Positions 11,956 through 24,000 of a stretch of 64,000 bases of DNA are shown piece after piece. This DNA comes from Macrostomum lignano. Lineage: Eukaryota. The notes under the pieces were generated by a model. The model was not told the origin of the DNA. It saw only the letters and a program-made list of their open reading frames with translations, and searched no databases. A program made the translations under genes and the position numbers. Where the stretch lies: assembly GCA_002269645.1 (NCBI GenBank), contig NIVC01001384.1, forward strand, positions 1-64,000, read 5' to 3'. Position 1 is the stretch's first letter. Every line of letters begins with the position of its first letter.

Positions 11956-12861
11956 ATGAGCAGTCGTGATTCTTACCTAGCCTGGCTATCAAAGCCACTG
12001 ATTGAGCACGCCAACAAGGTGCTAAGCAAAGACTTGAATAAATCGGGCGAGCGTCTATACGATCATTGGTGCCGTCGAACCCGCAAAGAGTGCTTCATGG
12101 CCAGCTATCAGAATGAGTTCTTTCGAGCCTCCTATTGTATTAACCGGCTAGCAATATCCGCCAGGTCTTACATCCAGGCTGCCGATCGGATATGCGCCGA
12201 CGTGCCCGAATTCATGGATTTTCTACGCTCTGTTAGGCACGTTATCAGCATTGGCTGCGGTCCCGGCTCCGATGCCATTGGCCTGTTAGCCTTTCTTGGT
12301 TGCGGCTTGCCGCAGCAGCAGCAGCAAGAAAAAGCCGAACTGCAAGAGCAGCAGCGCATTGTATTCTACATGATTGACCAGTGCGACAGCTGGGCCGACT
12401 ACGTGTCCGCGTTGGACGCGCATCTAGTCAATACTGGCTCCTCGTTGTGGTTCAAACCGCTCCGATTTAAAGATATTGGCCACGAGGCCTATCTGCCGCC
12501 GGCCGATATGATTGTATTTAGCTTTGCCAATACGGCACTGATGGATCCGCAGCTCTGGCCGCAGTTGGTCCGGCGCTACAGACTAGTATTAGTGCTTGAC
12601 AGCGTCCGCGAGACTCTCAAAGACGAATACGACGGTTGCAAGTTTAATTCGTTTCAGCTTAGCGATCGAACTCGGTGCTATTTTCATCTGGCTGGCTATT
12701 CCAGTACTAATAGTAGTAAAAAAGAAAATTTAGATGATTCGCCCGAAGCTGCCAAGGTTGACACCGAGGCGGCGATGCCGCCGCCATCGCCAATGTCTGA
12801 GCCGTCACCGACGCCTACGACGTCTGACGCGCCGGATGTTGCTTCTATAGCCAACGATTGA
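11956..12861 (+). CDS. Intronless class I SAM-dependent methyltransferase-like protein (301 aa)
   Basis: ATG-initiated open frame with motif I VISIGCGPGSD, an acidic end to beta2 (FYMID), ADMIVFSF (beta4) and LVLVLDS (beta5), followed by a low-complexity P/S/A/D tail. Substrate unknown. Confidence 0.75.
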   Translation: MSSRDSYLAWLSKPLIEHANKVLSKDLNKSGERLYDHWCRRTRKECFMASYQNEFFRASYCINRLAISARSYIQAADRICADVPEFMDFLRSVRHVISIGCGPGSDAIGLLAFLGCGLPQQQQQEKAELQEQQRIVFYMIDQCDSWADYVSALDAHLVNTGSSLWFKPLRFKDIGHEAYLPPADMIVFSFANTALMDPQLWPQLVRRYRLVLVLDSVRETLKDEYDGCKFNSFQLSDRTRCYFHLAGYSSTNSSKKENLDDSPEAAKVDTEAAMPPPSPMSEPSPTPTTSDAPDVASIAND

Positions 12862-13184
12862 CTTGCTTGACTTAGCTGCAGGGGCTCCGGGCATCAGCGA
12901 GGAGGCGTCGACACCCATTCGGCTAAATATATTGCGAGATTCTGTGATGCTGGTGTCCGCAGCGCGGTCCCCCTCCGGAGAGTACAGGTGGTGGATGGCC
13001 TACGATCGGCACCCGCTAGATTATTACGGTGCAGTGTGCATCCAGGCGCGATTGCAGATTGTTAACTTGTCTTCTAATGGGACCTAGCTTCTATGTAGCA
13101 ATTTAAATAATTAGATTTAATACATTCTAGTGCTTGCTGAAGTTATCGATTTATGATCCATCGCACCTTGGCACTCCACCCGCC

Positions 13185-13550
13185 CCTTGATACTCTATCC
13201 ACCCCTAAATACTCTATCCGCCCCCCTTGATACTCTATCCACCCCTAAATACTCTATCCGCCCCCTTGATACTCTATCCGCCCCCTTGATACTCTATCCA
13301 CCCCTAAATACTCTATCCGCCCCCTTGATACTCTATCCGCCCCCTTAATGCTCTATCCGTCCCTTTGATACTCTATCCACCCCTAAATACTCTATCCGCA
13401 CCACCTGGTACTCCACCTGCCCCCTTTATGCTCTATCCGCCCCCTTGATACTCTATCCGCCCCTAAATACTCCATCCGCGCCCTCAATACTCCATCCGCC
13501 CCTTGATACTCTATCCGCCATTAAATACTCTATCTGCCCCTACATACTCC
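13185..13550. repeat. Minisatellite, ~19-20 bp units (CCGCCCCCTTGATACTCTAT / CCACCCCTAAATACTCTAT)
   Basis: Direct tandem copies visible. Confidence 0.9.
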
Positions 13551-16153
13551 GCCAGCGCCATGTAATATATGCAATGCTTAAGCACGAAAGCCATGCTATT
13601 CTGCTATGATCCTAGATGTGCATACTTGTCCAAAAGTTTGCATTGATGATCAGCTACTTGTATTCTATTCTGTGCTTTAGATGCCTTCCTCTAAGTCCCG
13701 GTCTCGCGTTAAATGTATTTTCAGTGCAGCCAGGATATAATTACATGCACATTTAATTAGGCATGCACTTATCATCAGTGAGTGCGTGTTTGTTATTTTA
13801 TACGTTTGTTTGTTCGACTCATTCACTTGTCTGAACTTATGTAGCTTTCTCCGTCAGTTTATTTAATGAAATATTGAGCATTCAAATTTGCTTTTATTTC
13901 TACTTCTAGTAGCAGTCTCATGGATAGCGTATTTTAAAATATACGTGTATCTACGTTTGCTTTTTGACGTTTGATCAACATGCGTAAAATCGAAAGCGAA
14001 AAAAATCGACTTCATTCCTTTATTTTTCTTAGGGAAATTTGAAATATAAACTTGTAGCGATTGTAATGCAATACTTTGCATCAAAACAAGATGTTGGCGT
14101 CAAAAGCGCGCCAGATAAGGTCGGTTATATTTATAACTAGAAGCGTGTCGGTTGGCTGGCATTGGGCCGAATTTTTGTTGATGAAGAAAGCAAATCATGT
14201 GAAGCCAGGGCGCACTGGCTCTCAAAGCTCCGTTGCAAATTTTGCAGCAAGGTGCCCAGTTGCATTTAAAATAAGATCAATTTGTTAAAAGTGAGTTCAT
14301 GTAAAGGGGAATATTATAGTTCTTTCCATATTTAAGAAGGCGATGATTATTGATCTTTTGGAAATGCTAAGCTGCTAATTTGATCTCCCGATTCTCCCTC
14401 CTCGCACGAAGCTAGCCGTGCGAAATGAAAAATTTGAGAAGCCAACGATTTTTATGACGATTTGCCTTTCAATCTAATCAAGCCTGTGAAGTAGGGGGGG
14501 GCAATTGAAATCCTAGTGCTCCAGCTTTAAAGTGTTGAGTAGCTGGCATTGTCTAAAGCGGGTGGAAAAGCCAAGCATGAATTGCACCTCTCTAGAACCT
14601 GTATATAGTCGCATGCTGTATCAAATTCCGCACAGAAATTTTCCATTGGAGCTGTTGCTTACATCAATGCTCGGGCACACTCTGTCAATGCTGCTTGAGC
14701 TGTGGTGGTTCTTTGGCTTTTTTAAGCAAATACTTTTTGTCGGGATTTCTGCCGCATGCCTGGCTGTGTGTGCGTCTTAACGAGCTGTTGTCATAGCAGT
14801 TGGCTATCTCAAAGTAAAAATTTAGGAATGCAAATGTTTGCAATTATATTCTTATTGTTTGCATTCCTAAAGCGAAGTAGCATTCCTAAAATGCAACGAG
14901 CTGTATATAATGTATGCAGCAAGTTTGACAAATCGCCAATGTTGTTCGCCTTGCATGCGCGACCACAAAGCCAATGGGATTTAATCGATGCCTGGAATTA
15001 AAACTCTTTGCATGGGTGGTCTTATTGCTAAATTTTTAATTCCCTCTTTCTCTTCGCTTCATTCTCCCGCCGCTCTGAGCACTTGTTTTAGCACACAGAT
15101 TTTAGCTCGTATTCATTAGAGCGGCTTGATCTGCCCCAATCCCGCTGCAGAGCTCTTCCCAAGGGAGCAAAAATATGAGCGAGACCCGTGCTGGGACTTA
15201 CAAGATCCCATCTGGTTGGGAATGGGAAGCAGCAGGTCTTATAGGTATATGGCTTGTATTGCTTTTATTTTGAATTATTGCCCTAAGTGTTTTATACAAT
15301 ACCACAACAGTCTGGTCTTTCCCGATCTGCGAATGGATATTAGATGTAAGTACAACAGCTTGTGGTCTATTGGATAGATTTCTCCTCGCAAAATCTGAAC
15401 CAAATCTTCGGTTCCCTGTCCCAGCGAGTTGGGCTTTTTTATCTACCCGCGAGCCACTCGAAGCCTTTGAATTTTGTTTGAAACGCTTTCCCCTGCAAAA
15501 ATTGCTCTTGCCTATTCATTTACCTAATTGAAATGCGCAGTGCCGGCTGCGTATGACGGCTGACTGAAATGGTTACAGAGTTCTCTGTAGCAAATCAGAA
15601 TGCCATTATTGAAGGATTGAATTTAGCTTAGCTTGACTAAACTACATTTAATAACTGTGTCTCCAACGTTTCCTTAGAACGGCAATAGCATGACGCATGG
15701 CCCGGAATCCATGTAGCTGTATGCAAATAAATCGGTAGTTTGCAAATTTGAGTAGTTCGTGTCGGTTGAGTAATTTATGCTGCAATATTACTTCGCTATC
15801 GCATCTCTATAGTCATTCGCACGTTTTTTTATCTGCAAATGATTAACTACAGCTTTGTATCCGCTATAGGCGCTTTATTACCTTGGCGCCCGAGGGAGAT
15901 GGATACGAAAGTCAAAGGAGAGGCGGCCAGCTCGCATTCCGATATATTTTGTATTACTCGATGCGCCTTGCCTTCTTATGCGTCAGAAGCTGTAGCTATC
16001 GTGGAAAAAAGTTACCTATTTCTTTATCCTATGTGAGGAAACATTAAAGCGCACATCCCGGTACAAGCCGCTGGGTCTCACAAAGATTTGCAATTTCATC
16101 ACTCGCATGCAGTGGAGCGCTCTTTCAATAGGACGCCTCGATTCCTTCCCGAT

Positions 16154-16246
16154 AGACGTCACACTGCACGGCCTTGTTGGCTAAGGCCTCCCCGGATTGG
16201 TGCACGAAAGAGCTAGTGAACGGACGATCATCCGCTATTATATAAG
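16154..16246 (+). promoter_or_regulatory. Candidate promoter of the neuropeptide gene: CRE-like AGACGTCA (16154-16161) and TATATAAG (16239-16246)
   Basis: TATA-like box about 80 bp upstream of ATG 16327 and a 7/8 match to the CRE palindrome. Motif match only. Confidence 0.4.
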
Positions 16247-16326
16247 CGTCGTCCGCTACAGGAAATCTTACCGATCTTACCAAGTCTTGGCAAATCTAAC
16301 CAGCCTAGTCCTCTCCAGTTTTGCCG

Positions 16327-16881
16327 ATGCGCAGCAAAGTTGTCTCACTGGGCCAGGCCGGGCGCCTCCTGGTCGCGCTGCTTTTGGCTATGACAGTCTT
16401 TGCTTCACTTTCCGACGGGCAGCCTCTGCGCGGCGAGGATGGCTTCGCCGAGACGGACAACGGTGCCGTCAGTGACTGGTCTGTCAGCCGGTCTCTGTTC
16501 GGAAGTCCGGACAGGTACAAGCGTCTGTTCGGCACTACTGACAGGTACAAGCGTCTGTTCGGCACTCCTGACAGGTACAAGCGTCTGTTCGGCACTCCTG
16601 GCAGGTACAAGCGTCTGTTCGGCACTCCTGACAGGTACAAGCGTCTGTTCGGCACTCCTGACAGGTACAAGCGTCTGTTCGGCACTCCTGACAGGTACAA
16701 GCGTCTGTTCGGCACTCCTGACAGGTACAAGCGTCTGTTCGGCACTCCGCTGGACCGATTTCGACGACGCGACGCCAAGCGACTGTTCGGTTTCGAGCAG
16801 GCAAATCGGTTTCGACGGTTCTACCGGACGGGCTCGTACTTTGACGCTAGGCCTGACCGGTTCAAGCGTTTTGACGAGTGA
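16327..16881 (+). CDS. Neuropeptide precursor (184 aa) with KR-flanked LFGTPDRY repeats
   Basis: Hydrophobic signal peptide (RLLVALLLAMTVFASLSDG), acidic spacer, then SLFGSPDRY, LFGTTDRY, LFGTPGRY, 5x LFGTPDRY, LFGTPLDRF, LFGFEQANRF and FYRTGSYFDARPDRF, separated by KR/RR convertase sites. Confidence 0.92.
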   Translation: MRSKVVSLGQAGRLLVALLLAMTVFASLSDGQPLRGEDGFAETDNGAVSDWSVSRSLFGSPDRYKRLFGTTDRYKRLFGTPDRYKRLFGTPGRYKRLFGTPDRYKRLFGTPDRYKRLFGTPDRYKRLFGTPDRYKRLFGTPLDRFRRRDAKRLFGFEQANRFRRFYRTGSYFDARPDRFKRFDE

Positions 16882-17945
16882 CTCGATATCCGTTCCGTCC
16901 CGTCCGCGTCCTGCACGTGCGAACTGATTTGTTAAACACGTTATCTATTGCATGTGCTATATAGACGACGCATATTACAAAATAAGAACTCTGAACAATT
17001 GTGAACTGAACAATTTAGTCTGCTATATCGCAGTTTATTCCTCGTCTCCTTGGTTGTTCGAAGAGTAGGCCCAGCTTCCTGACTCCCTTAGGGGAGCTTT
17101 GGAAAGTTCCCTATCAATACATACTACTGAGAAGCTAACCACTATGGACTGCCTAAGGAACTCAATGTCTTGTTCCTGCATAATCAGATGCACACTCAGA
17201 GATTGCCGGTAACTCGTCTGCGCACAGGACCATATCAAGGGAAATAGTCAAAAGAATCCTGTTCAATTAAACTCTGCTTCTCAGTCTGCAGGCTCTGCAA
17301 GGTGTAGTACATGTACAAGCTATACCCATGGTCGAGTACGTGTGATTAAAAATTAAAATAGCATAAGTCTGGAACCCCTATCTGTCGTATCCAAAAGCTT
17401 GATGCAAATTGGCATTGATTCTTCTGTCAGCAGCTAAACTGAAAGCTAGCCTATAGAAGCTATATACTCTGTCATACCGAGAGATGGGTTACTGCATTGT
17501 GCTGGCAATCATCGAAAATCCATGCCAGTGCGCGCCCGAGAAAAATGCTGAGCTGCTTGGTTGGAGGTGAGAGTAAAATAATTATTTTTCTGAAGCTGTG
17601 AAGGCATCCTGAATTCATTAGCCATATGGCTTTCCTTTTTTGAATAGAATGTTATTCCCTACTCAGAATCTGCAACACAGAGCCTGCCATCTAGGACGAG
17701 AATAGCTTTGCGAGTAAATTACAATGAAAGTGAACTGCTTGCCATTATGCATAGCTAATGCGTTTTCTAAATTGTATTTTCCACGGCTCACGTATAACAA
17801 GCAGTCTGCGATTCCCTGGATACTGATAGATTATATAGAGATTGCTTATGGAGACCGATAGCCTATATCAATATACACACGATCACAGCAGGTGTAATAA
17901 ATATTGTTAGGTTTTTTTTCTTTCAAAAAACAGGCTATCTGTTAA

Positions 17946-18262
17946 CTGAAGCATCGGTGAGGGAATAGGAGCCGCTCAATGAAGCATCGGTGAGGAGGGT
18001 AGGAGCCGCTCAATGAAGCATCGGTGAGGGAATAGGAGCCGCTCACTGAAGCATCGGTGAGGGAATAGGAGCCGCTCACTGAAGCATCGGTGAGGGAATA
18101 GGAGCCGCTCACTGAAGCATCGGTGAGGAGGGTAGGAGCCGCTCAATGAAGCATCGGTGAGGGAATAGGAGCCGCTCACTGAAGCATCGGTGAGGGAATA
18201 GGAGCCGCTCACTGAAGCATCGGTGAGGGAATAGGAGCCGCTCACTGAAGCATCGGTGAGGG
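17946..18262. repeat. Minisatellite, ~33 bp unit (CTGAAGCATCGGTGAGGGAATAGGAGCCGCTCA)
   Basis: About 9 direct tandem copies. Confidence 0.95.
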
Positions 18263-18739
18263 GACATAAAAGTTCCCTGAAGTCATTCCCTCTTTAGGCG
18301 CAACTGACTGCAGGCTTTGGCCGCCCCGGGCCATCAGACCCTCGCAACTGCTCGTCAATATAATCCGAAATCCATGCATCTGATAATCCCATAGCATTGA
18401 CGCGCAGAGTAGGAAATGAGCTCTAGACAAAAAAGTGCCAAAGCTAGAGAAATCTTTAAATCAATATCTTACAGTGAGAGCTGCGTGCTATGCAGTAGAA
18501 AGCTGTGACTGTCAATGCTTATTCATTTGATATGGTCATGTGAAACTCTCAGTTTCCATTTGTCAAGGTCAAATTTCAAGAGGATGTGCTCAGGAAATTC
18601 TCCCCTGTTTTACCTTGCCTCCAACTCCTTGGAGAATTGAGGGGAGCGAAGATATTCTCCTGACTGGGTTTGAGATTTAAGATTTCTACATGTACATGTA
18701 CCTCACATTGTCTACCAGCCCAATTTGTGTTCACCTCTG

Positions 18740-19577
18740 TTTGTGTCCAGCTACCCCAGTTTGTGTCTAGCTACCTCTGTTTGTGTCCAGCTACACCAGT
18801 TTGTGTCTAGCTACCTCAGTTTGTGTCTAGCTACCCCAGTTTATGTCCAGCTACCCCAGTTTGTGTCTAGCTACCTCAGTTTGTGTCCAGCTACCCCAGT
18901 TTGTGTCTAGCTACCTCCGTTTGTGTCTAGCTACCTCAGTTTGTGTCTAGCTACCTCCGTTTGTGTCTAGCTAACTCAGTTTGTGTCCAGCTACCCCAGT
19001 TTGTGTCTAGCTACCTTAGTTTGTGTCTTAACTATCCCAGCTTGTGTCTAGCTACCTCAGTTTGTGTCTAGCTGCCTCAGTTTGTGTCTAGCTGCCTCAG
19101 TTTGTGTCTAGCTACCTCAGTTTGTGTCCAGCTACCCCAGTTTGTGTCTAGCTACCTTAGTTTGTGTCTTAACTATCCCAGCTTGTGTCTAGCTACCTCA
19201 GTTTGTGTCTAGCTACCTCAGTTTGTGTCTAGCTGCCTCAGTTTGTGTCTAGATACCTCAGATTGTGTCTTAACTATCCCAGCTTGTGTCTAGCTACCTC
19301 AGTTTGTGTCTAACTATCCCAGCTTGTGTCTAGCTACCTCAGTTTGTGTCTAGCTACCTCAGTTTGTGTCCAGCTACCTCAGTTTGTGTCTAGCTACCTC
19401 AGTTTGTGTCTTAACTATCCCAGCTTGTGTCTAGCTACCTCAGTTTGTGTCTAGCTGCCTCAGTTTGTGTCTAGATACCTCAGATTGTGTCTTAACTATC
19501 CCAGCTTGTGTCTAGCTACCTCAGTTTGTGTCTAGCTACCTCAGTTTGTGTCCAGCTACCCCAGTTTGTGTCTAGCC
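18740..19577. repeat. Minisatellite, 20 bp unit (AGCTACCTCAGTTTGTGTCT)
   Basis: Direct tandem copies; same family as 20213-20998. Confidence 0.95.
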
Positions 19578-20212
19578 AATTCTATCTCTTATTAAATTTA
19601 TTTTCCTGGTGATAAATATCTGCTAAAAAAGTTAGTTCGCAATGCTGGCGACAGATTTGCACTTGTAAAATATGCAGATATTTTTGTAGCAGCAGTATTC
19701 ACAAATGACTCATCGGGCAGAAAGAAGCAGGTGATCAGGCAAAATTGTTTTAATGATTATGGTAGCAGAAAAATAGAATGAATAGAATAGAATACATACT
19801 ATACAGCAACACACTAAATTCACATGTATAGGTAATATATGAATACTGAAAGTTTGCTGAGTGGCATAAGTGCATACTGACAATATCTAGAAAGTCTATA
19901 AATATATCTAAAATCTTATTTGTTTTAATTAATGAGATCTGAAGGGCAAACGCAATAATAAATTAATGGCTTTGGTGAAAACTTAACTGTTTATGTTGCT
20001 TTGAATTCAGGATTAAATCGGGCGAGAAATATTTTGAAAATTAATAATTCACGAATAATTATTAATAGTATACAAAAATTATTAATAGTAAACAATGAAT
20101 TCTAGAATTTTGTGAGAAAATTATGCTCAAATTGGTTGTGCATTTATCGTTATAAAGTGCAGTATTGGCTATATTACATGTATCTGTACTAACTATGCCA
20201 CTATCGTGTCTA

Positions 20213-20998
20213 CTAGCTACCCCAGTTTGTGTCTAGCTACCCCAGTTTGTGTCTAGCTACCTCAGTTTGTGTCTAGCTACCCCAGTTTGTGTCTAGCTAC
20301 CCCAGTTTGTGTCTAGCTACCTCAGTTTGTGTCTACCTACGTCAGCTTGTGTCTAGATACCTCAGATTGTGTCTAGCTACCCCAGTTTGTGTCTAGCTAC
20401 CCCAGTTTGTGTCTGGCTACCTCAGTTTGTGTCTACCTACGTCAGCTTGTGTCTAGATACCTCAGATTGTGTCTAGCTACCTCAGTTTGTGTCTACCTAC
20501 GTCAGCTTGTGTCTAGATACCTCAGATTGCGTCTAGCTACCTCAGTTTGTGTCTACCTACGTCAGCTTGTGTCTAGATACCTCAGATTGCGTCTAGCTAC
20601 CTCAGTTTGTGTCTAGCTACCCCAGTTTGTGTCTAGCTACCTCAGTTTGTGTCCAGCTACCCCAGTTTGTGTCTAGCTACCTCAGTTTGTGTCTAGCTAC
20701 CCCAGTTTGTGTCTAGCTACCCCAGTTTGTGTCTAGCTACCCCAGTTTGTGTCTAGCTACCCCAGTTTGTGTCTAGCTACCTCAGTTTGTGTCTAGCTAC
20801 CCCAGTTTGTGTCTAGCTACCCCAGTTTGTGTCTAGCTACCTCAGTTTGTGTCTACCTACGTCAGCTTGTGTCTAGATACCTCAGATTGTGTCTAGCTAC
20901 CTCAGTTTGTGTCTACCTACCCCAGTTTGTGTCTAGCTACCTCAGTTTGTGTCTAGCTACCCCAGTTTGTGTCCAGCTACCTCAGTTTGTGTCTAGCT
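20213..20998. repeat. Minisatellite, 20 bp unit, immediately after the Kirre-like stop codon
   Basis: Same unit as 18740-19577; the array ends 8 bp from the TGA at 21007-21009. Confidence 0.95.
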
Positions 20999-21006
20999 AA
21001 CTAAAG

Positions 21007-24000
21007 TCAGACTTCCGTGATGGCCACCACCGCGCCGGGATCTTCCGCGATGGCTGGCTGCTGCCGAAAGCGTCTGTTGGCCAACAAAGTGGCGAATGTG
21101 TTCTGCTGCTGAGGCGGCGGCGGCAGCGGCGGCGAGAAGTTGACAGACTTGACCACGCCTGCCGTTCTGAGCTGCGGTAGGGGCAGCAGAGTGGAGCAGG
21201 CCCCGGCGTAGCCAACCGCCTGAGTCACCGATCCGCTGTGCACTGGGCAGGTCGCCAGGCTGAGCACCGTCTGATGGCCGCCGGGCGAGCTGGCGCCCGA
21301 GTCCGAGGCTGCTGTACCGCCCGATGAAGCTGCCCCAGCCAGAGTCTGATGATGCTGCTGATAGCCTAATTGGCTGGCCTTGCCGGAAGCAGTCGGGCAC
21401 CGAGACGACCCGGTGCAGGACGCGACTGGGCCGCCGTAGCCGGAGTCGCAGCTCCTGACGCTGCTGAAAAGTTGAAACATTTGAAGGTAATGTCCTAAAC
21501 CGGAAGTTTCACAAACCGGAATATCACAAACCGGAAGTTTCACAAACCGGAATATCACAAACCAGAATATTCACAAACCGGAAGTTTCACAAACCGGAAT
21601 ATCACAAACCGTAATATTCACAACTCGGAAGATTCACAAACCAAAATATTCAGAAACCAAAATATTCACAAACCGGAATATTCACAAACTGGAATATTCA
21701 CAAACCAAAATATTCACAAACCGGAATTATATTCACGACTCAGAACATTCACAATCTTGAATATTCACAAACCGGAATATTCACAAACCGGAAGTTTTAG
21801 AAAATTAGATATTCACAAACCGGAATATTCACAAACCAGAATATCACAAACCGGAATATTAACAACTCGGAACATTCACAATCTGGAACATTCACAATCT
21901 GGAACATTCACAATCTGGAACATTCACAATCTGGAACATTCACAATCTGGAACATTCACAATCTGGAACATTCACAATCTGGAACATTCACAATCTGGAA
22001 CATTCACAATCTGGAATATTCACAAAGTTTCTAAGATGCGCACACGTTTCTTTAGGGATGTTTATAGAATTTTATCTTTGACTGAGTTAAGCTGCTTCCG
22101 ATGTTGTTTCGTGTGCCTGTTTGTTTGGCTCCCGAACAAGTACTGAATTAATTATCGATCTAATTAACAATTTGCACCTCAGGTAACTTTCTTCAAAAAT
22201 AGAACAAGCCAGTCGACAGGATTCTGGATGACTTTCTGATGAGTAGCTGTTTCAATTCGGATTGGATTAGCAAAACTGGACAGAATTTTAATTAGCCCTC
22301 GAAATTACCTATAAAATATTTGTTGTTAGCATAAGAAATGAGGTTAGCAGTGGTCAGTATTTAGCAAACCAATATCCTAGAACTGAATATTTTCAATGTC
22401 CTAGCTAGTTTTTACGTTACAATTTCATTTAATGACAAGCTCGTAACACACATTTGTTGCTTCAAAACATCTAACAAAGATTAGCAGGAAGTTTGCTGTT
22501 ACTGTGTTTTGTTGCATGCAAGTTCGACCAAGTTGTGATGTAAAATCATTTAATGTTTGAATCGATTTCAATAATCTTAGCTTTTTCGTTCAAGAAGTTT
22601 TTTTGTAGACCAAGCCAATAATAATTGATTATACCTGCCCAATTGGGCCAACTGTGCAACCGACAGCTCAGCCGCAGCTATTGCGCGGCGCATCTGAAGG
22701 CTGCGTACGGCTGTTCAGTCCAAGGACTGGGGGGTCGCCACACACCCTCAATTACCCCAGCTAATGCTGACACCCATTTTACAGCTGGTTGAACTGAAGC
22801 AATGCAGAGTTAAGTGTCTTGCTCAAGGACACAATTTTTTCCAAGTTGGGTCGAGAATCGAACCCCCGACCTTCAAGTCGTGAGTCCGACGCTCTAGCTA
22901 CTAGGCTGCAGCCCCTCCAACGACATGACTAATACCGTTGGGCATTGATCGTCATCCAGCTCATGTCAGTTGCAAGCTAGTCTTAGTCATGCTGTACAGA
23001 AATTATCGATCATTTTTAACAGACAGCGCCACAGTTCCATGATCACAGTGTTTTCAGGCGCTGCGCATCATTTCTAATTAATAAACGCGAATATCAGGTG
23101 GCTAATTATGATCGAGGCTTGTATTTCAGGATTGAGACGAAAGGTAGATATGTAGCAGCTTAAGGCTTGCCATGAGGCATGCAGCAGGTGCGCAGGTTCT
23201 CACTGCCACTGTCGCTAGCCATCCAGCCTCTCCACCCGAATGCTTCTCATCTCAAATCACTCGAAGCCATCGGAGCTAGAATTTGAGAGTTTCTGCACTG
23301 CTGTCTCCCCGATTCAATGTCGCACCGCACCGGATCTTTGGCATAGAGGACTGTCATAAATCATAAATTCAATGAGAAAGAGTTCAATTGTCGGTATGTG
23401 TACTATTTGACCTAATCTTGCTCATAGACTATTTTAGCCGAATTTATTGTGTATTGAAAGGCTCTTTGCTCGTAGCTGTCAGTGGGTAGGCGACTGCCAC
23501 TTGTCTATGGCATATCCTAAAACTACTCGAACTTCTGGGCAAGGAGTTCTATACGTTCTATGAAGCTTCGAGCTTGTGAATTTTCGAGCTTATCGAGCTG
23601 ATCGGTAGAGAAAAGCAGAGCTGTCCATTACTTCACGGTAATGACCTCTGCTTAATGGCTGGTCATTAACTGAAGCTCCTGTTTCGACCACAGACAATTC
23701 AATCAGTGCAGCTAATATAGAGCGAGAATTAAGTTAATGGCCAGGGTTACGAGTGCGCTCGCGAACCTGACACAACAGCTCAGCCGCAGCTATTGCGCGG
23801 CGCATCTGAAGGCTGCGTACGGCTGTTCAGTCCAAGGACTGGGGGGTCGCCACAACCCGCAATTATCCCAGTTAATGCTGGCACCCATTTTACGACTGGG
23901 TGAACTGAAGCAATGCAGAGTTAAGTGCCTTGCTCAAGGACACAAATTGTTCCAAGTGGGTCGAGAATCGAACCCCCGACCTTCAAGTCGTGGGTCCGAC

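Noticed and set aside
11956-12861. The methyltransferase as the cause of the adjacent CpG/CpA decay
   Set aside because: It lacks C5-DNMT motifs (PC, ENV) and amino-MTase motifs (D/N/S-PP-Y/F); adjacency alone is not evidence.
12863-13087. ORF directly after the methyltransferase, suggesting an operon
   Set aside because: It starts at TTG, is 74 aa with no recognisable motif, and more likely is 3' UTR.
22236-22290. CTGATGAG hammerhead-ribozyme core
   Set aside because: No stem II followed by GAAA and no compatible stems I/III nearby.
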